From assembly GCF_009914755.1 (NCBI RefSeq), contig NC_060930.1: a stretch of 64,000 bases of DNA. One strand, written 5' to 3'. This document shows positions 62,190 to 64,000 of the stretch, piece after piece. Both the position numbers and the translations under genes were made by a program. The notes beneath the pieces were generated by a model, which made no database searches, was not told where the DNA came from, and was given only the letters and a program-made list of their open reading frames with translations. How positions within the stretch are numbered: position 1 is the first letter of the stretch; the number at the start of each line of letters is the position of its first letter. This DNA is from the human T2T-CHM13v2.0 reference genome, Homo sapiens.

Positions 62190-62410
62190 TGAGGCAACGT
62201 GGTGTTGAGGAAAGGACTGGGCGCAGGTCTAGATTTTGGCATTTATTGGCTGGTGAATTAACGCGAGGGAGCAAACCTCTTGAGTCTCAGTTCTGCACGT
62301 CTAAAAATGGAGATAACGATGTTTACTTCAGAGGTCTCTTTTGTGAGGAATAAATGAGATAACGTTATGTAAGAGAGGTTGATAAACTATAAATGCAAGT
62401 TAATTATTAT
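62190..62410 (+). mobile_element. MIR SINE
   Basis: 'gaggcaacgtggtgt...aacctcttgagtctcagtt...taaaaatggagataa...taaatgagataacg'. Confidence 0.8.
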
Positions 62411-62699
62411 TGCAGGGCAGGAAATCGAAATAATGATGTAAACTTAGTTCTTTTTAGGTGGGCAGAGTTAGAAACAGTTTACAAAATAAATCCTTGAATG
62501 GCATAGATTCCAGGGATGAAAAAACCATCTAAGAGTGCTTAAACACAATTCCAAATATTGTAAACGCCCCTCCCCACAGTGATAAATATCTACTTTGCTT
62601 TTAGGATAAAAGCTAAAAGCCATCTTTTTCATTAAAACTAAACTTTAGGTAGAGATGAAATTTCAAGATTCAGGCCCAGTTTTAAAAATTCTTTTAAAA

Positions 62700-63290
62700 A
62701 TATATGTTTAGTCCTCTTCTTCCTCCTCTCCATCCACCAAATATTGTCAGCAGATCCTGTGCCAGATACTATGTTTAGAAAAGAGTATAGGAGAAAGTAC
62801 ATTGAATTGGCAGCAAAAGTACTTCAGTCTGAGTTTCAAATCCTTTGTTCTCCCTGTACCCTCCCTTTCCTGCCCACTTTTCCCACTCTCCCTGTCTCTT
62901 TATTGAACCAATTCTTTGCCTTCCAGGACCACCTCAAGCTCTTTGTCCTCCAGCGAAGTAATCAATGGTGACTCCAGCCCTTAGCAGTCTCTCCTTATTA
63001 CACTTCTAAAACCTCTCATTTTGCACTTATCAGGTGCTCCTTGAGTGATTAGTAACAATTTATTGTGTGCTTGAGTTTGCTCCATCCATCCACCCATGCA
63101 TCCACAAATACATATTTAAGCACAATTATGTGCCAGATATCAAACTAGATGATAGATGTGCAATGCAGTCATGGTATATACCCATGTGGATCTTAGATTC
63201 TAACTTATAGTCTCCTAAATTAGAATATTGCTCTGTGAAAATAGGGGCTGTGTCTCATTACTGAATCATAGAATTTGGAATCAAGATAAA
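62700..63290 (+). mobile_element. L2 fragments
   Basis: Decayed L2 3' motifs, mixed orientation around 63080-63200. Confidence 0.45.
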
Positions 63291-63902
63291 CAAGAAATGT
63301 CATCTTCTTCATCTATGTGTACCCAATTTCTATTTCAAGCCTTATTCTGCCAGGGTGGCAGAAACTAAATGTCAGTGAATTAAGAGATTTCTCCTTCTCC
63401 CCCTTCCTCCATTCTGTGGGGTTGTGTCAAAGTTCCAAAGAGTTTAACTAGAGCTAAAACTGGGGAGTAGGGTGGGAAAGGGGTGTACTTCAGGTCCCTG
63501 CTGTCATCTGGCTGCATGGGCATCTGCTAAAATAGCCTTTTCCCAATCAGCTGCTTGGTCAGTTGACCTCATGCTGGGCTGGAAACATCTTTGTTCTTGG
63601 CCACATGACCCCAGAAAATCAGGTACCTTTCTTTGCTGCTTCTGCATCACTTCTGGATACAAAATGCTCATTCTGTGTCTCTTCTACTACCAAGAGAGAT
63701 TTGAAACTCACAGGCTGCCTATGACCCTATCTGCCTAGACGCACCAGGCAGCCATTTTTTTTTTCTCTGCATCCTCCCTGGGATTCTATCTGGAACTTGG
63801 TGAACAGATCTCACTTTCTCTCTTTCTTTTTGTCTCTCTATCTCTTTCTCTCTCATCAATGTTATTGAAGTATTATTGATAAGCAATAAACTATATATAG
63901 TG

Positions 63903-64000
63903 TATTTTTCAACTTTTATTTTAGATTCAGGGGGTACATAGGAAGTTTATTTACATGGGTGAATTGCGTGTCACTGAGGTTTGGGCTACGAATGATTCCA
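63903..64000 (-). mobile_element. L1PA15/16-like 3' end, continuing past the window
   Basis: 'ttttattttagattcagggggtaca...gaattgcgtgtcactgaggtttggg'. Confidence 0.85.

Overview
AT-rich primate genomic DNA (human or a close relative: Alu, FLAM, THE1, L1PA/L1PB). I see no recognisable protein-coding exon, CpG island, rRNA or tRNA. Roughly half is interspersed repeat: an old near-full-length L1M (~4.1-10.1 kb) with three nested inserts, a five-element nested stack (19.3-21.2 kb), an L1PB1-like element (21.4-27.8 kb) carrying a younger L1PA 3' fragment, four Alus, three Alu monomers, MaLR/ERVL LTRs, DNA-transposon MITEs and many MIR/L2 relics. Between them lie repeat-free islands rich in TALE-homeodomain (MEIS/PBX) motifs, which suggests enhancer-bearing intergenic or deep-intronic DNA. 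The best leads are an antisense donor-intron-acceptor-ATG-209 codon cassette in the L1PB 5' end, two short non-tandem duplications each about 1.7 kb apart, and a few well-formed candidate non-coding exons. I could not identify the locus, and I found no demonstrably new biological system. Subfamily names come from remembered consensus sequences. Boundaries without a stated target-site duplication (TSD) are approximate.
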